A stretch of 64,000 bases of DNA from an uncultured archaeon (GCA_903831045.1 CAIKWG010000045.1:3088-67087), one strand, 5' to 3'; counted from the stretch's first letter, positions 17,257 through 26,702 are shown. Notes: generated from the letters alone by a model not told the origin. A program made the numbers and translations.

Positions 17257-18465
17257 TTAAAACCACTTTCTCAAGCTTGTCTGGGATTTCATATTAGAAA
17301 GTAACTTACTTTTGGAATAAATTAAATCATTATCAAAGTCATATTTTATTTCAGCAATTTTCTTTGCACTTTCAAGAAGTTCTTCATTAGTTTCAAATTT
17401 CATAACCCCTCTAGCAAGAGCCTTTCTAACACTCTCCCTCACAACCCACACTCCAAGAGCAGCCCAATAGGAAGGAGTTTCTAATCTAATCACAAGTACA
17501 CTTGCCTGTTTTCTAATTGAATTAAGATATTCTAATATAGGCAAACGTGAAGCATAATAACCTCCAACACAATTAGAAGCATAATCTTTTCTTCCTTCAT
17601 AGCCTTCATAGTCAGTAGAGGCTTTCATTTCAGAAGTTGGATTCCATGAACTTCCGGGATAATATAATTCAAATAATTCATAGGTCCAAACACCAGGAAA
17701 AAGTAAAATTAAATATTGATTTCCTAAAAATTCTCCAAAAAATAATTCATGGTTTTCAATCCAAGGATATTCTCTTACAGATTTCCACAGATATTTTCCA
17801 ATCGTATCATCCGTAGCAGTGATACTCCAACGAGTAGGAACCATCTTTTTATCTTTCTTCAATCCGAGAACCCCGACGGATAAAATCTTTGCTAAAGAAT
17901 ATTCATCAAAATTATTTTTATACAAATAATTCATACCTTGAACAGATTTTATATCATCATTAATAACCTTATCAACTTTTTGTTCAATTTTAACATTAGA
18001 AACAACCTTAGCATCTTTCAAATCAGCTTTCATTCCATGCGGAGTTAGAACTTTATCGTTCTTTCTTCCAAATTCCAATCTATTTTTTAATTCAATTTCA
18101 ACATCAACAGGTCTAGATGCAATAGCAATATCTTTTGCAATTTCAACAAATCTTTTATTTAATCGAACATCATGAACTTTGGATTTAAAGCGAGAATTAA
18201 GTAAGCCCTCACGTAAATGCACCACATCAGATATAGAAAAATTTTCTTTAGCCCAATATTTCATATCATCATAAACCCAGGCATTATCATCTCTTTCAAG
18301 AGGACTCATAATTCCAACATTAACATTAGGATACTGAAGTTTAGAACCAACGAAAACAGAAGGCGGGCTAATGGATTCAAACTTGGATATTTTCTTTAAA
18401 TCATTATAATTAAACTTGAACTTTGCTGCTTTGGTTACTGCTTCAAATTTAATATCAGAGCTCAT
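17257..18465 (-). CDS. nreA: Archaeal DNA-repair protein NreA family
   Basis: 'SPPSVFVGSKLQYPNVNVG', 'PTRWSITATDD', 'GGYYASRL' and 'LGVWVVRES' match the conserved blocks I recall for the Nre (DUF650/651) family. Confidence 0.7.
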   Translation of the reverse strand: MSSDIKFEAVTKAAKFKFNYNDLKKISKFESISPPSVFVGSKLQYPNVNVGIMSPLERDDNAWVYDDMKYWAKENFSISDVVHLREGLLNSRFKSKVHDVRLNKRFVEIAKDIAIASRPVDVEIELKNRLEFGRKNDKVLTPHGMKADLKDAKVVSNVKIEQKVDKVINDDIKSVQGMNYLYKNNFDEYSLAKILSVGVLGLKKDKKMVPTRWSITATDDTIGKYLWKSVREYPWIENHELFFGEFLGNQYLILLFPGVWTYELFELYYPGSSWNPTSEMKASTDYEGYEGRKDYASNCVGGYYASRLPILEYLNSIRKQASVLVIRLETPSYWAALGVWVVRESVRKALARGVMKFETNEELLESAKKIAEIKYDFDNDLIYSKSKLLSNMKSQTSLRKWF

Positions 18466-18487
18466 AAAAATTAAAGAGAATTTAGTA

Positions 18488-18505
18488 TTAATAAGGATTT
18501 ATTGT
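18488..18505 (-). promoter_or_regulatory. Upstream motif/TATA region of nreA (shared with radB)
   Basis: On the minus strand it reads ACAATAAATCCTTATTAA. Its proximal end lies 22 nt upstream of the nreA ATG, and it is near-identical to 19710-19726. Confidence 0.45.
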
Positions 18506-18520
18506 CTCTGAAAGATAGAA

Positions 18521-18994
18521 TTATTTAGGAAGAAAAAGATTAAAATGTCGGTTATATTGATCTAAATTATAAATAGAAAAAATTTGATTATTTTCAGTTT
18601 CATTATCTAACATCTTAATATAGGCCAATTTTCCTTTAACATTTTTCAAATCTGTATAATCGGCTGGAACCACAATTTTTCCCACATGAACTATCTCTGA
18701 CTCAGAAGGCTCTGTACATCTTACTAAACCAAACTCTTTCTTTTTTCCTTCACCCGCATTTTGGTATTGTAATTGAATCTGATAAAACCCAATAAAATCT
18801 TTTTGATAATCAACAAAATTCTTCAAACAATGAAGACTAAACTTTTCTTCATTTTTATCAAAAAAACTCTTAAAATCTTGCCAATCAATAGAATCAATTC
18901 CAATAAATTCTTTTACTCTCATAATAAAAGTATAAATTTTTCGTTTATAAAGATTATTACACTCAAAACAATCCTCTTCTGAAGATTCCCTCAT
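18521..18994 (-). CDS. Hypothetical protein
   Basis: ORF between radB and nreA. Track start is TTG. The first ATG (18994) overlaps the radB end by 32 nt; an alternative ATG is at 18922. Confidence 0.4.
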   Translation of the reverse strand: MRESSEEDCFECNNLYKRKIYTFIMRVKEFIGIDSIDWQDFKSFFDKNEEKFSLHCLKNFVDYQKDFIGFYQIQLQYQNAGEGKKKEFGLVRCTEPSESEIVHVGKIVVPADYTDLKNVKGKLAYIKMLDNETENNQIFSIYNLDQYNRHFNLFLPK

Positions 18995-19688
18995 TTTTAA
19001 TGATAAATCCAATTTCTTTTTCAGGAAGATTTCTATGTTTTAACAAAACTGCTTTCTTACCTCTATCATTTTTTAATTCGATTATGCACTTACACCAATA
19101 CTTAAACAAATCACCTCCAACAATATTCATTTTTCTTTCAACTCCATTTCTAAAATCATCCTCAGATAAAAAATCTCCATAAACTTGATTAGTAATTATA
19201 ACGGGGATTTTTTGCTTTCTAGCAATTTCTGCTAGCATTCTCATTTGCATTGCAACCTCTCGATTAATCTCTTTGACTTTATCCCCCTCTCCAGATTGAA
19301 TTGCATCTCCTATCTCAAGTCTATACAACATAGCCATAGAATCAACAATAATCAAACCTGCATGCTCTTTCTTAATTTTATCAAGAAGTTTTTCAAACAC
19401 CTGCCTTTGCTCATCAAAATTTGTGGGCCCTAGTAATAAAATATTCTCAAGAATTTCTTCATATTTATCTCCAACAATTTGTTTAACTCTCTCAACAGAA
19501 AATCCTCCTTCCGTATCAATAAATATAACTTTATTTCCATGCCTAGATTGACTACATGCAGCAAGAATTGCAAAATTAGTTTTTCCACTTCCAGGAGGAC
19601 CTGCAATCATAGTAATCACATCATTCTCATAACCCCCAAAAAGCCATTTATTCAAATCATAACTTCCAGTAGAAATTTTTTCTGTCAT
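18963..19688 (-). CDS. radB: RadB-type recombinase paralog (RecA/RadA family)
   Basis: Walker A 'GPPGSGKTNFA' and Walker B 'LIIVDS'. About 240 aa with no N-terminal HhH domain. ATG at 19688 (track start is TTG). Confidence 0.8.
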   Translation of the reverse strand: MTEKISTGSYDLNKWLFGGYENDVITMIAGPPGSGKTNFAILAACSQSRHGNKVIFIDTEGGFSVERVKQIVGDKYEEILENILLLGPTNFDEQRQVFEKLLDKIKKEHAGLIIVDSMAMLYRLEIGDAIQSGEGDKVKEINREVAMQMRMLAEIARKQKIPVIITNQVYGDFLSEDDFRNGVERKMNIVGGDLFKYWCKCIIELKNDRGKKAVLLKHRNLPEKEIGFIIKNEGIFRRGLF

Positions 19689-19709
19689 AAAATTCAAACA
19701 AAATTAGAA

Positions 19710-19726
19710 TTAATAAGGATTATTGT
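19710..19726 (-). promoter_or_regulatory. Upstream motif/TATA region of radB (shared with nreA)
   Basis: On the minus strand it reads ACAATAATCCTTATTAA. Its proximal end lies 21 nt upstream of the radB ATG. Confidence 0.45.
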
Positions 19727-19727
19727 T

Positions 19728-20204
19728 CTATTGAAATTCAAGCAAACATCTACCATTACCCATTTTTTTGATTATTCCATTAAGAGAATATTCCCAAGAA
19801 GGTTTTCCCCTTTCAACGAGAACCTTCATTTTATTTTCTTTCGTAAAGGAGTATAATTCTTCTAAAGTTTCAGGCATTACAACTCTTCCATGCAAATTGA
19901 ATTCACCAGGTATTTCTTTACTTGCCAAAAGTCTTAATGTTAAATCCTCTGGAGCTCCATTCATATGTGACTGAATTTCAAATCTAGCCCCTCTGAAATT
20001 GTCCAAATAATTCCAAACTGTCTTGTAGACTGAAGAAGTGTGAGAAATTCTATTCAATGCCCAGGGAATACTATCCAGAGTATTCTGTCTTTCTAATGTA
20101 TTGAAGAAATCTTTAGAATAATGATAAGAAGATTGATCGTTTTTCAAAACTTCAAAAAGTTCCCCTACTTTGGGTTGATGTAAATGTAAATAATTTCCAG
20201 ACAT
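19728..20204 (-). CDS. Hypothetical protein
   Basis: 158-aa ORF with an ATG start and 'tttataaaa' about 25 nt upstream. No motif recognised. Confidence 0.4.
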   Translation of the reverse strand: MSGNYLHLHQPKVGELFEVLKNDQSSYHYSKDFFNTLERQNTLDSIPWALNRISHTSSVYKTVWNYLDNFRGARFEIQSHMNGAPEDLTLRLLASKEIPGEFNLHGRVVMPETLEELYSFTKENKMKVLVERGKPSWEYSLNGIIKKMGNGRCLLEFQ

Positions 20205-20247
20205 TTTAAAATTAATAAGAATAGGGTTTATAAAAATTACTATAAGT

Positions 20248-20511
20248 TTATTTTAACTTTTTAAAATCAGCTTTAAATTTATCAAGCTCTTTGGTAATAT
20301 CTTCAGCAGCATCTTTGATTAATTTCTTAACATCCTTGCCCTTAGATTTAACTTTCATAATTGGTTGTTCAGTAGGATGTTCTCTTTTCCAAGCTGCAAA
20401 ACTAACATTTTCATTTTGATTAAGATAAACTCTAAGAAGTTCAGCAATTGTTAAACTTCCAACTCTAAACTCAATTTCGTCTTTTGACTCACTAAGAATT
20501 TCAAATTCCAT
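20248..20511 (-). CDS. rpoL: DNA-directed RNA polymerase subunit L (Rpb11-like)
   Basis: ATG at 20511 gives 'MEFEILSESKDEIEFRVGSLTIAELLRVYL...FAAWKREHP', the typical RpoL pattern. Track start is TTG. Confidence 0.7.
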   Translation of the reverse strand: MEFEILSESKDEIEFRVGSLTIAELLRVYLNQNENVSFAAWKREHPTEQPIMKVKSKGKDVKKLIKDAAEDITKELDKFKADFKKLK

Positions 20512-20592
20512 AATAACAAATCTAAACAATGGTTTATAAAGATTTTGTTTAAGAATCAACTAGTAGAAACAACAAGAATAACTCAAGAAATC

Positions 20593-21399
20593 CTACTTCT
20601 TCTTGCTAAAAATCAAATCATTAATCTCTTTTTGACTTAAATCTTTTTTTACAGGAGCAGCCTTTGGTGCTTCCTTAGGAGATTCAACAGGTTTCTCTTC
20701 AACAGGCTGTTCTTCTTCTTTCATCTCTCCATCTTCTTTTTTTTCTTCCCCATCTTGCTCAGGAACTTCTTCTTTTTTCTTTTTCTTGAATAGTTTAGAA
20801 AAGAACCCTTCTTTCTTCAAATCTCCAACAGTTAAATCACTTGGAACCTTTGATTCCTGTGCTAAAAGTGCAGGATTGAAGAGTTTTTTAGGTTCTTTGA
20901 ATAATTGAATTTTCAAAGCTTCTTCTACTTTACTTATTAGATTTTCATATTCTTGAGGTAAAATTCCTTTTTCTAAAAATTCTATAGCAACGGCAGGTTC
21001 ACAAATTCTTTCTGCAAGATCCTTCTGACTAATTTTGTAATGCCTTCTTTTCCTCATTACAACCCAGTGGAAGTTAGGAACAAGGTCACTTGGATCAACC
21101 TTTACTTCACTTAGATTTTGTCTATAATTCTTCTCTATTAAATCATTTAAAGAAACATCATGTAAAGTTCTTCTTGGAGCCTTGGGAACTTCTTTCTCAA
21201 CACTCATATTATTCATTTTAGCAAGTCTTTCTCTAACTGTTGCCTGAGGAATTTTATTAGGATCTCTTCTTTCAACAACAGGCATTTCATTTTCCTTAAA
21301 ATAGCATCTTCTACAAACGGGAACAACACCTTCTTTTCCTACAACTTCGTATAAAATTGCCCTTTCTTCAGAAATTCCACAAAAATAACATTCCCTCAT
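20593..21399 (-). CDS. Zinc-ribbon + HTH protein, MBF1-like, with long K/E-rich tail
   Basis: 'CYFCG...CRRC' ribbon and an XRE-type HTH 'ISQKDLAERICEPAVAIEFLEKG'. The C-terminal region is low-complexity K/E/P. Confidence 0.45.
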   Translation of the reverse strand: MRECYFCGISEERAILYEVVGKEGVVPVCRRCYFKENEMPVVERRDPNKIPQATVRERLAKMNNMSVEKEVPKAPRRTLHDVSLNDLIEKNYRQNLSEVKVDPSDLVPNFHWVVMRKRRHYKISQKDLAERICEPAVAIEFLEKGILPQEYENLISKVEEALKIQLFKEPKKLFNPALLAQESKVPSDLTVGDLKKEGFFSKLFKKKKKEEVPEQDGEEKKEDGEMKEEEQPVEEKPVESPKEAPKAAPVKKDLSQKEINDLIFSKKK

Positions 21400-21453
21400 G
21401 CAAAATTATATGAAACATCCCTTTTTTAATATTGCTATACTAGAATATCTAAA

Positions 21454-22110
21454 TTATTGCAAATATTTCTCTAAATCTTGAGCAGAAGTAAGCTCACTAA
21501 ACACGTATTTCTCGTCGATAATCACCACAGGATATTCTGTGATATTTTTATCTGCAATTAGAAGTTTTAGTGAACTTAGATTATTATCTGATGCGATTGG
21601 AAGCAAAGCAACCTTGTTTCCTTTGTCTTGTTTCACTTCATAGAGAATTCTTGACCAAACATTTTGCTGAGCTTTCTTAACCAAGTCATCTTGATTATAA
21701 GTATAAAGATAAACTATTGTGTGATATTGAGTTGGACATTTTTCTTTTAGCTTAATGAAGTTAATCCAAAGATATGTTCTCATCATATCATATTTTTTAT
21801 GTTCTGATTTGATACTTTCAGTAATTTTTCCAGAAGCTTCATATTCTTCAAGCTTAATTGCTTCTTCATACACTCTATCTAAGAGGTTAAAATTTGCTTG
21901 AGTAAAGTCAGTACAAGTAACTCCCTTTGATTCCATAAGCTCATTTAAAGCTAAAACATCCATTAACGAAACTTCGGATGCAGTGAAATAAGCATTTGCT
22001 TCAGAGAACTTCTTTTCTTCAAAAATAACCCCTGCGTACATACCAGCAATGAAAACTACGACTGTTAAAATTAATGCTTGCATGAATACCCATCGAGTTG
22101 TGTTTACCAT
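21454..22110 (-). CDS. Membrane-anchored hypothetical protein
   Basis: N-terminal TM 'WVFMQALILTVVVFIAGMYAGVIF'. Overlaps the GT2 gene end by 7 nt. Confidence 0.4.
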   Translation of the reverse strand: MVNTTRWVFMQALILTVVVFIAGMYAGVIFEEKKFSEANAYFTASEVSLMDVLALNELMESKGVTCTDFTQANFNLLDRVYEEAIKLEEYEASGKITESIKSEHKKYDMMRTYLWINFIKLKEKCPTQYHTIVYLYTYNQDDLVKKAQQNVWSRILYEVKQDKGNKVALLPIASDNNLSSLKLLIADKNITEYPVVIIDEKYVFSELTSAQDLEKYLQ

Positions 22111-23339
22111 ACTTTCTTACCTCGAATTAATTTATATGCAGAGGTTATTAAAATTATCGGATATATAATTAAATAGAAAAACATGTAAACAGTCATAGCT
22201 CCAAACCCTGGCCTTCTATATTTAGGATCTTCTTTTATACTAAAAAACGCGATTAGAGTGAATATAAAACTAAGTAAGAATACTGTAATTCCAAGGAAAA
22301 CCAAAACGTTTGGTGTTAGATTAATATCCCTTAATGTTAACATAACGGCATTTGTTTGAACAGAATAACTTGTAGCGAATATCTTCAAAATCAAAGTTCT
22401 AATTAATCTATAAGCAATCACACTAATTCCAAACACTCCTATCAACCAAGAAAAAATGAAAAATGGTAAAACGAAAGCACCCAACATCCCATTCTTGAAA
22501 AAATGTTTTTTATATTTGAAAATAGTTTGAACTCCACCCATATTCCATCTCAATCTTTGTTTAAACCAAACCTTAACTTTACTAGGAGCAATGGAATAAA
22601 CCTTTGAAGGAACACACATTTTGACTTTATATCCATGAGCTAAAAAATTCCAAGTAATTTCAATATCTTCAGTTAAATTTTTTTCATCAAATCCCCCAAT
22701 CTTTACAAAATATTCTCTTCGATACATAGCAAGAGGACCAGGAGTTACATAAATTGAATCAACAAATTCCAAAAGTTTTCTACTAAATTTAATCACAATA
22801 TATTCAATGGCCTGCAATCTTTCTAAAAAATTACCTCTATTGTATACAAGCACTGTAGAAGTTACAGCTCCAACTTTCAAATCATCAAAGAATCCAACCA
22901 TCTTACCAATTGAACCAATCTCTGGAAAACTATCTGCATCACTAAAAGCAATCAATTCTGTTTTTACAAATTTTGCACCATAATTTTTAGAACCAGCAGC
23001 ATTACCAGTGTTTTTTGGTGTCTGAACTGCCATCACTAAGCCAGGATATTTTTTTTCATACTGCTTCATAATTTTATAAGAATTATCTTTACTTTGATCA
23101 TCAACAACAATAATTTTTTTCAGATAGGGATACCCGTTATCAACTATATTCTGAATTGTCTGCCCAATACTTCCCTCTTCATTATAACATGGAACAACAA
23201 TTGAAACCCCATATTTTTTTTTAGAAATAGGATACCAGAATATTTTTTTCCTATTTTGAATATAAATTAAAATAAACAAAAATAGAAAGTATAATGCAAT
23301 AAATGAATAGACCAGATATACTTTTGTTAAAAATTCCAT
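22104..23339 (-). CDS. Family 2 glycosyltransferase, membrane-integrated processive type
   Basis: 'VSIVVPCYNEEGSI', 'FSDADS' and 'QRLRWNMG' (QxxRW), with TM segments flanking the catalytic domain. Confidence 0.8.
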   Translation of the reverse strand: MEFLTKVYLVYSFIALYFLFLFILIYIQNRKKIFWYPISKKKYGVSIVVPCYNEEGSIGQTIQNIVDNGYPYLKKIIVVDDQSKDNSYKIMKQYEKKYPGLVMAVQTPKNTGNAAGSKNYGAKFVKTELIAFSDADSFPEIGSIGKMVGFFDDLKVGAVTSTVLVYNRGNFLERLQAIEYIVIKFSRKLLEFVDSIYVTPGPLAMYRREYFVKIGGFDEKNLTEDIEITWNFLAHGYKVKMCVPSKVYSIAPSKVKVWFKQRLRWNMGGVQTIFKYKKHFFKNGMLGAFVLPFFIFSWLIGVFGISVIAYRLIRTLILKIFATSYSVQTNAVMLTLRDINLTPNVLVFLGITVFLLSFIFTLIAFFSIKEDPKYRRPGFGAMTVYMFFYLIIYPIILITSAYKLIRGKKVW

Positions 23340-23350
23340 ATTGACTCCAA

Positions 23351-23902
23351 TTAATCTTCTGATTCTTCAACAGAATCATCCTTTAAAGGGTTTTCTGCAC
23401 TAGAAGACACATTAAAATAATCATAGAATTCTTCAGATAAACTAAGAATGTTAGTATGTCCTTCTTTTTTAGCTTTCACCAAGTCCAGATCAATAAATTT
23501 TTTAACATGCTCATAGGCCTTATTCCCTCGAATCTTAATAATTACAGATTGCTTGATTGGTTGTTTATACGCAATTAAAGCCAAAGTCTCTTGCTCTGCC
23601 TTTGAAAATTCAGATTTTCCAGTTGCAAGTTTAGCAATGATAAAAGAATAATCAGGTTTTACATCCATCTTCCACATATTGGACTTTTCAACAATTTCAA
23701 TAGCAGAATCTTCTGCATTATATTTATCCTTTAATTTATCTAGAGCTTCCCTTATTATAAGAGGATTGAAATCAGAAAGAGCAATCAATTCTTGCATCGT
23801 TAAAAATCTCCCAGAAACAAACAAAACGGCTTCAATAATTCTCTGTACCTCTTTTTCTTTTTCACCATCCAGCTCTTGAGCCGTTTTACTACTCATGTCC
23901 AT
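23351..23902 (-). CDS. scpB: Segregation and condensation protein B
   Basis: 'IIEAVLFVSGRFLTMQELIAL' and a second winged-helix region 'ETLALIAYKQPIKQSVI'. Confidence 0.7.
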   Translation of the reverse strand: MDMSSKTAQELDGEKEKEVQRIIEAVLFVSGRFLTMQELIALSDFNPLIIREALDKLKDKYNAEDSAIEIVEKSNMWKMDVKPDYSFIIAKLATGKSEFSKAEQETLALIAYKQPIKQSVIIKIRGNKAYEHVKKFIDLDLVKAKKEGHTNILSLSEEFYDYFNVSSSAENPLKDDSVEESED

Positions 23903-23973
23903 CCCATTAAAAAACTTCGCAAATTTAAAAACCTTGTCAATAAATATTTAAGACTCTACACCCTCAAGTTAAT

Positions 23974-25371
23974 ATGAAATTTAAACTTCCTTGGTTAAAG
24001 GACAAATATTTTCTAACTTTTATCGGAGTGATTCTACTTTTTTTAATTATTAAAATATCCCAAATTGGATTCAAATTTAGTGATGAGAACATTTATTTTT
24101 ATATGGGAAAATTGATATTGGAAGGCCAACTGCCTTACAGAGATTTCTTCTTTGCAAGTCCCCCAGTTCAGATATTCGGAACTGCAGGATTTTTAGGATT
24201 ATTTGGCACCCATGTAATTCTTCTAAAAATTCTTCCGATAGTTGCCTGTGTAGTTAGCAGTATCTTTCTATTTGTTATTGTAAAAAAGAAGTTTAATTCA
24301 CTAACTGGCCTAATCGCATCCACGCTGTATTTATTCTCATTCGTAATTCTAACAACAACAGATCATTCAACAGGAATTCATCTAACAACAATGCTGGTAG
24401 TGATAAGCTATTACTTTCTTGATAGAGAAAAATATTTTTTGGCAGGGGTCATAGCTTCACTTGCTCTATTAACCAGATTATATGCTGCAATTGCAATAAT
24501 CGGACTGATGATTTATCTTCTGATAAAAAATAGAAAAGCTTTATTAAAATTTATTCTAGGAATAGCAGTAATATTTATCCCGGTAAATCTCGCTTTAATT
24601 CTAATGTTCAAAGAAAGTTATCTAAATTCTGTTTTTTTATATCATTTACTTAAATCAGCAGGCATCTCAAAGCTAAACATTTTTGCATTTTTCCTAAAAT
24701 GGGACATTCTATTAGTTCTTTTATCCTTATCTTCCCTATTTTTTAAGAATAAAAAAAGATTATTATTGCCTTTTATTACTACAGCCACAATTTTTTTATT
24801 TTATTTATTCTATGCAGACATTTACTATTTATACCTAGGACTGATGATCCCCTTCCTAGCAATTTTAGGAGCAAGCACGATACATAATCTAACTGAAAAA
24901 ATACAAGAAAAAAATAGATTTATTATAATTATTCTTATTCTCGTAATCCTAATAACTCCAACTACCTGTTTTTATCTCCGGGATCATGCTCAGGCATCTA
25001 AAATAACTTTTACTTCTGAAATCACAGAATTTGTCAAAAACAATACAAGCCCTCAAGAAACAATTTATGGAAGTTTTGAGATAACCCCCCTAATCGCGCT
25101 ATTCTCAGATAGGAAGATTGCAGGAAATTATATTGATACAAATGAAAAAACCTTTCTAAGCGGGATATACAATGTAGAAAATAGAACCAATGAGCTGAGA
25201 GGAAATGTGAGTCTAGTAATCATGAAAACACTATTGGACCAAAATGGAAACCCTCTTTATTTAGAAAAAATCGTTAGTTCTGATTTCCTGTTAAAGGAAT
25301 GCAATTTAACCAAGATCTATCCAATAAAAAAAGATTATGAAGATAATGCAGTCATCATATATACTTGCTAG
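23974..25371 (+). CDS. GT-C fold membrane glycosyltransferase (ArnT/PMT_2-like)
   Basis: More than 10 hydrophobic segments. The first loop 'SDENIYFYMGKLILEGQLPYRDFFFASPP' is typical of this family. Confidence 0.6.
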   Translation: MKFKLPWLKDKYFLTFIGVILLFLIIKISQIGFKFSDENIYFYMGKLILEGQLPYRDFFFASPPVQIFGTAGFLGLFGTHVILLKILPIVACVVSSIFLFVIVKKKFNSLTGLIASTLYLFSFVILTTTDHSTGIHLTTMLVVISYYFLDREKYFLAGVIASLALLTRLYAAIAIIGLMIYLLIKNRKALLKFILGIAVIFIPVNLALILMFKESYLNSVFLYHLLKSAGISKLNIFAFFLKWDILLVLLSLSSLFFKNKKRLLLPFITTATIFLFYLFYADIYYLYLGLMIPFLAILGASTIHNLTEKIQEKNRFIIIILILVILITPTTCFYLRDHAQASKITFTSEITEFVKNNTSPQETIYGSFEITPLIALFSDRKIAGNYIDTNEKTFLSGIYNVENRTNELRGNVSLVIMKTLLDQNGNPLYLEKIVSSDFLLKECNLTKIYPIKKDYEDNAVIIYTC

Positions 25372-25471
25372 AAGCCGAAATTTAGTTTAAAAAATTAAAG
25401 CCATAAGATTAAAAAAGACATATTACTTTAAAGAATTAGATAAATAAGGGTTGACAAATAAAAGAGATAAA

Positions 25472-26026
25472 ATGTTTGGAAGTAGAAGAAGAAGAGAAAG
25501 ATATGCAAATAGAACCTATAGAAGACATTCTGGATTTAGGAAAATATTCTTTTTTATAATAATACTATTGATAGCATTAGTTTTTATGAGAGCAAAAGGA
25601 TTGAGAGAAATAGATGATGTTTCTCCGAGTATTCCCTGTGAACAGGCTTACATGGACAAAGCAAATATTCTCTGGGTAATTCCAGATTATAATGGAACTT
25701 CAATTGCGAATAATCCAGAATGGTGCCAAAAGATAATTGCAATGAACAAGACTCTTGGACTTCATGGAGTAACACACAACTATGATGAATTTCAAGGAAA
25801 TATTACTAAAACACAAATGGAAAAGGCAATAGCAGATTTTCAAACATGTTTCAAACAAACTCCAACAATGTTCAAACCACCACAATTAAAAACTTCAAAA
25901 GAAAATTTAGAGCTAATTAAGCAATATAACATGACCTACAAGGGATCATTTAATCAAGTAATACACAAGGTTTATCACTGTGACAATACTGGAAAATTAC
26001 CCAACTGGTTTCATAATATTTTTTAA
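25472..26026 (+). CDS. Membrane-anchored protein, possible DUF2334/polysaccharide-deacetylase-like
   Basis: ATG at 25472 (track start is TTG). R-rich N-terminus plus TM. 'LGLHGVTHNYDEF' is weakly reminiscent of DUF2334. Confidence 0.3.
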   Translation: MFGSRRRRERYANRTYRRHSGFRKIFFFIIILLIALVFMRAKGLREIDDVSPSIPCEQAYMDKANILWVIPDYNGTSIANNPEWCQKIIAMNKTLGLHGVTHNYDEFQGNITKTQMEKAIADFQTCFKQTPTMFKPPQLKTSKENLELIKQYNMTYKGSFNQVIHKVYHCDNTGKLPNWFHNIF

Positions 26027-26079
26027 TATATATAATTCTATACAATAAAGAATAAAAACTATTAAAATTCTAAACTTCT

Positions 26080-26664
26080 ATGAAGAGTTTAGCCAAAATT
26101 TTATTGCCCCTTGCATTTCTATCAATGCCTTTGGCGGCTTCAGCTCAAACTCCCAAACCAACCTATTTCAAAATAGGAACCGCAGTTTCTCAATCACATA
26201 ATAGTTCAATAAAAAGTAATTTTAAAACTCCAATTGGATATGAATTGGTTATTGGAAAGGAGCTTCTTCCAGAATTAACTGCAGAAATTTCCGAAAGTCA
26301 AGTTTGGGCTAAAGAAATAAATAATTCAGGATACAAGCAGAGAATAAGTCTTTTAGGAATTGGGCCTAATATTCTATGGACTCCAGAATTTAATGGAGCT
26401 AAGGGATTATATTTTGGAGGAGGAGTTAAATATAAAATTTTAAAGTCTATCTGGACTCCTGAACCAATTAATGGATTTAGTCAAAATGAAAAGTCCGAGT
26501 CAGTTGATGGTTTAGGATTTTCAATAAAATTCGGAAATGAATTCAATCTTGGAAAAAGAGCAAAGCTATACATTGAAACCGAATATGATCAAGCTAAAAT
26601 AGATAGAGATGGTGAAAAAACAGATATAGGCACAACAAAGCTTAGTCTTGGAATAAGATTCTAA
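26080..26664 (+). CDS. Secreted beta-barrel protein resembling bacterial 8-stranded outer-membrane proteins
   Basis: Signal peptide 'LLPLAFLSMPLAASA|Q', alternating amphipathic strands, and C-terminal 'KLSLGIRF' ending in Phe (OMP beta-signal-like). Confidence 0.55.
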   Translation: MKSLAKILLPLAFLSMPLAASAQTPKPTYFKIGTAVSQSHNSSIKSNFKTPIGYELVIGKELLPELTAEISESQVWAKEINNSGYKQRISLLGIGPNILWTPEFNGAKGLYFGGGVKYKILKSIWTPEPINGFSQNEKSESVDGLGFSIKFGNEFNLGKRAKLYIETEYDQAKIDRDGEKTDIGTTKLSLGIRF

Positions 26665-26702
26665 AAGAGAATATTTATAATTATAAAATTCTATTATTAA
26701 TT

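Noticed and set aside
20690-20800. K/E/P-rich low-complexity nucleotide tracts (here, in metG at 33000-33110, and in topA at 14400-14650) as possible DNA repeats
   Set aside because: They are purine-rich coding low-complexity regions with no exact periodic unit. They translate into charged linkers within intact ORFs.
25584-25885. Minus-strand ORFs (25584-25775, 25700-25885) inside 25472-26026
   Set aside because: They are shadow ORFs. The plus-strand protein has a coherent architecture of basic N-terminus, TM segment and globular domain.
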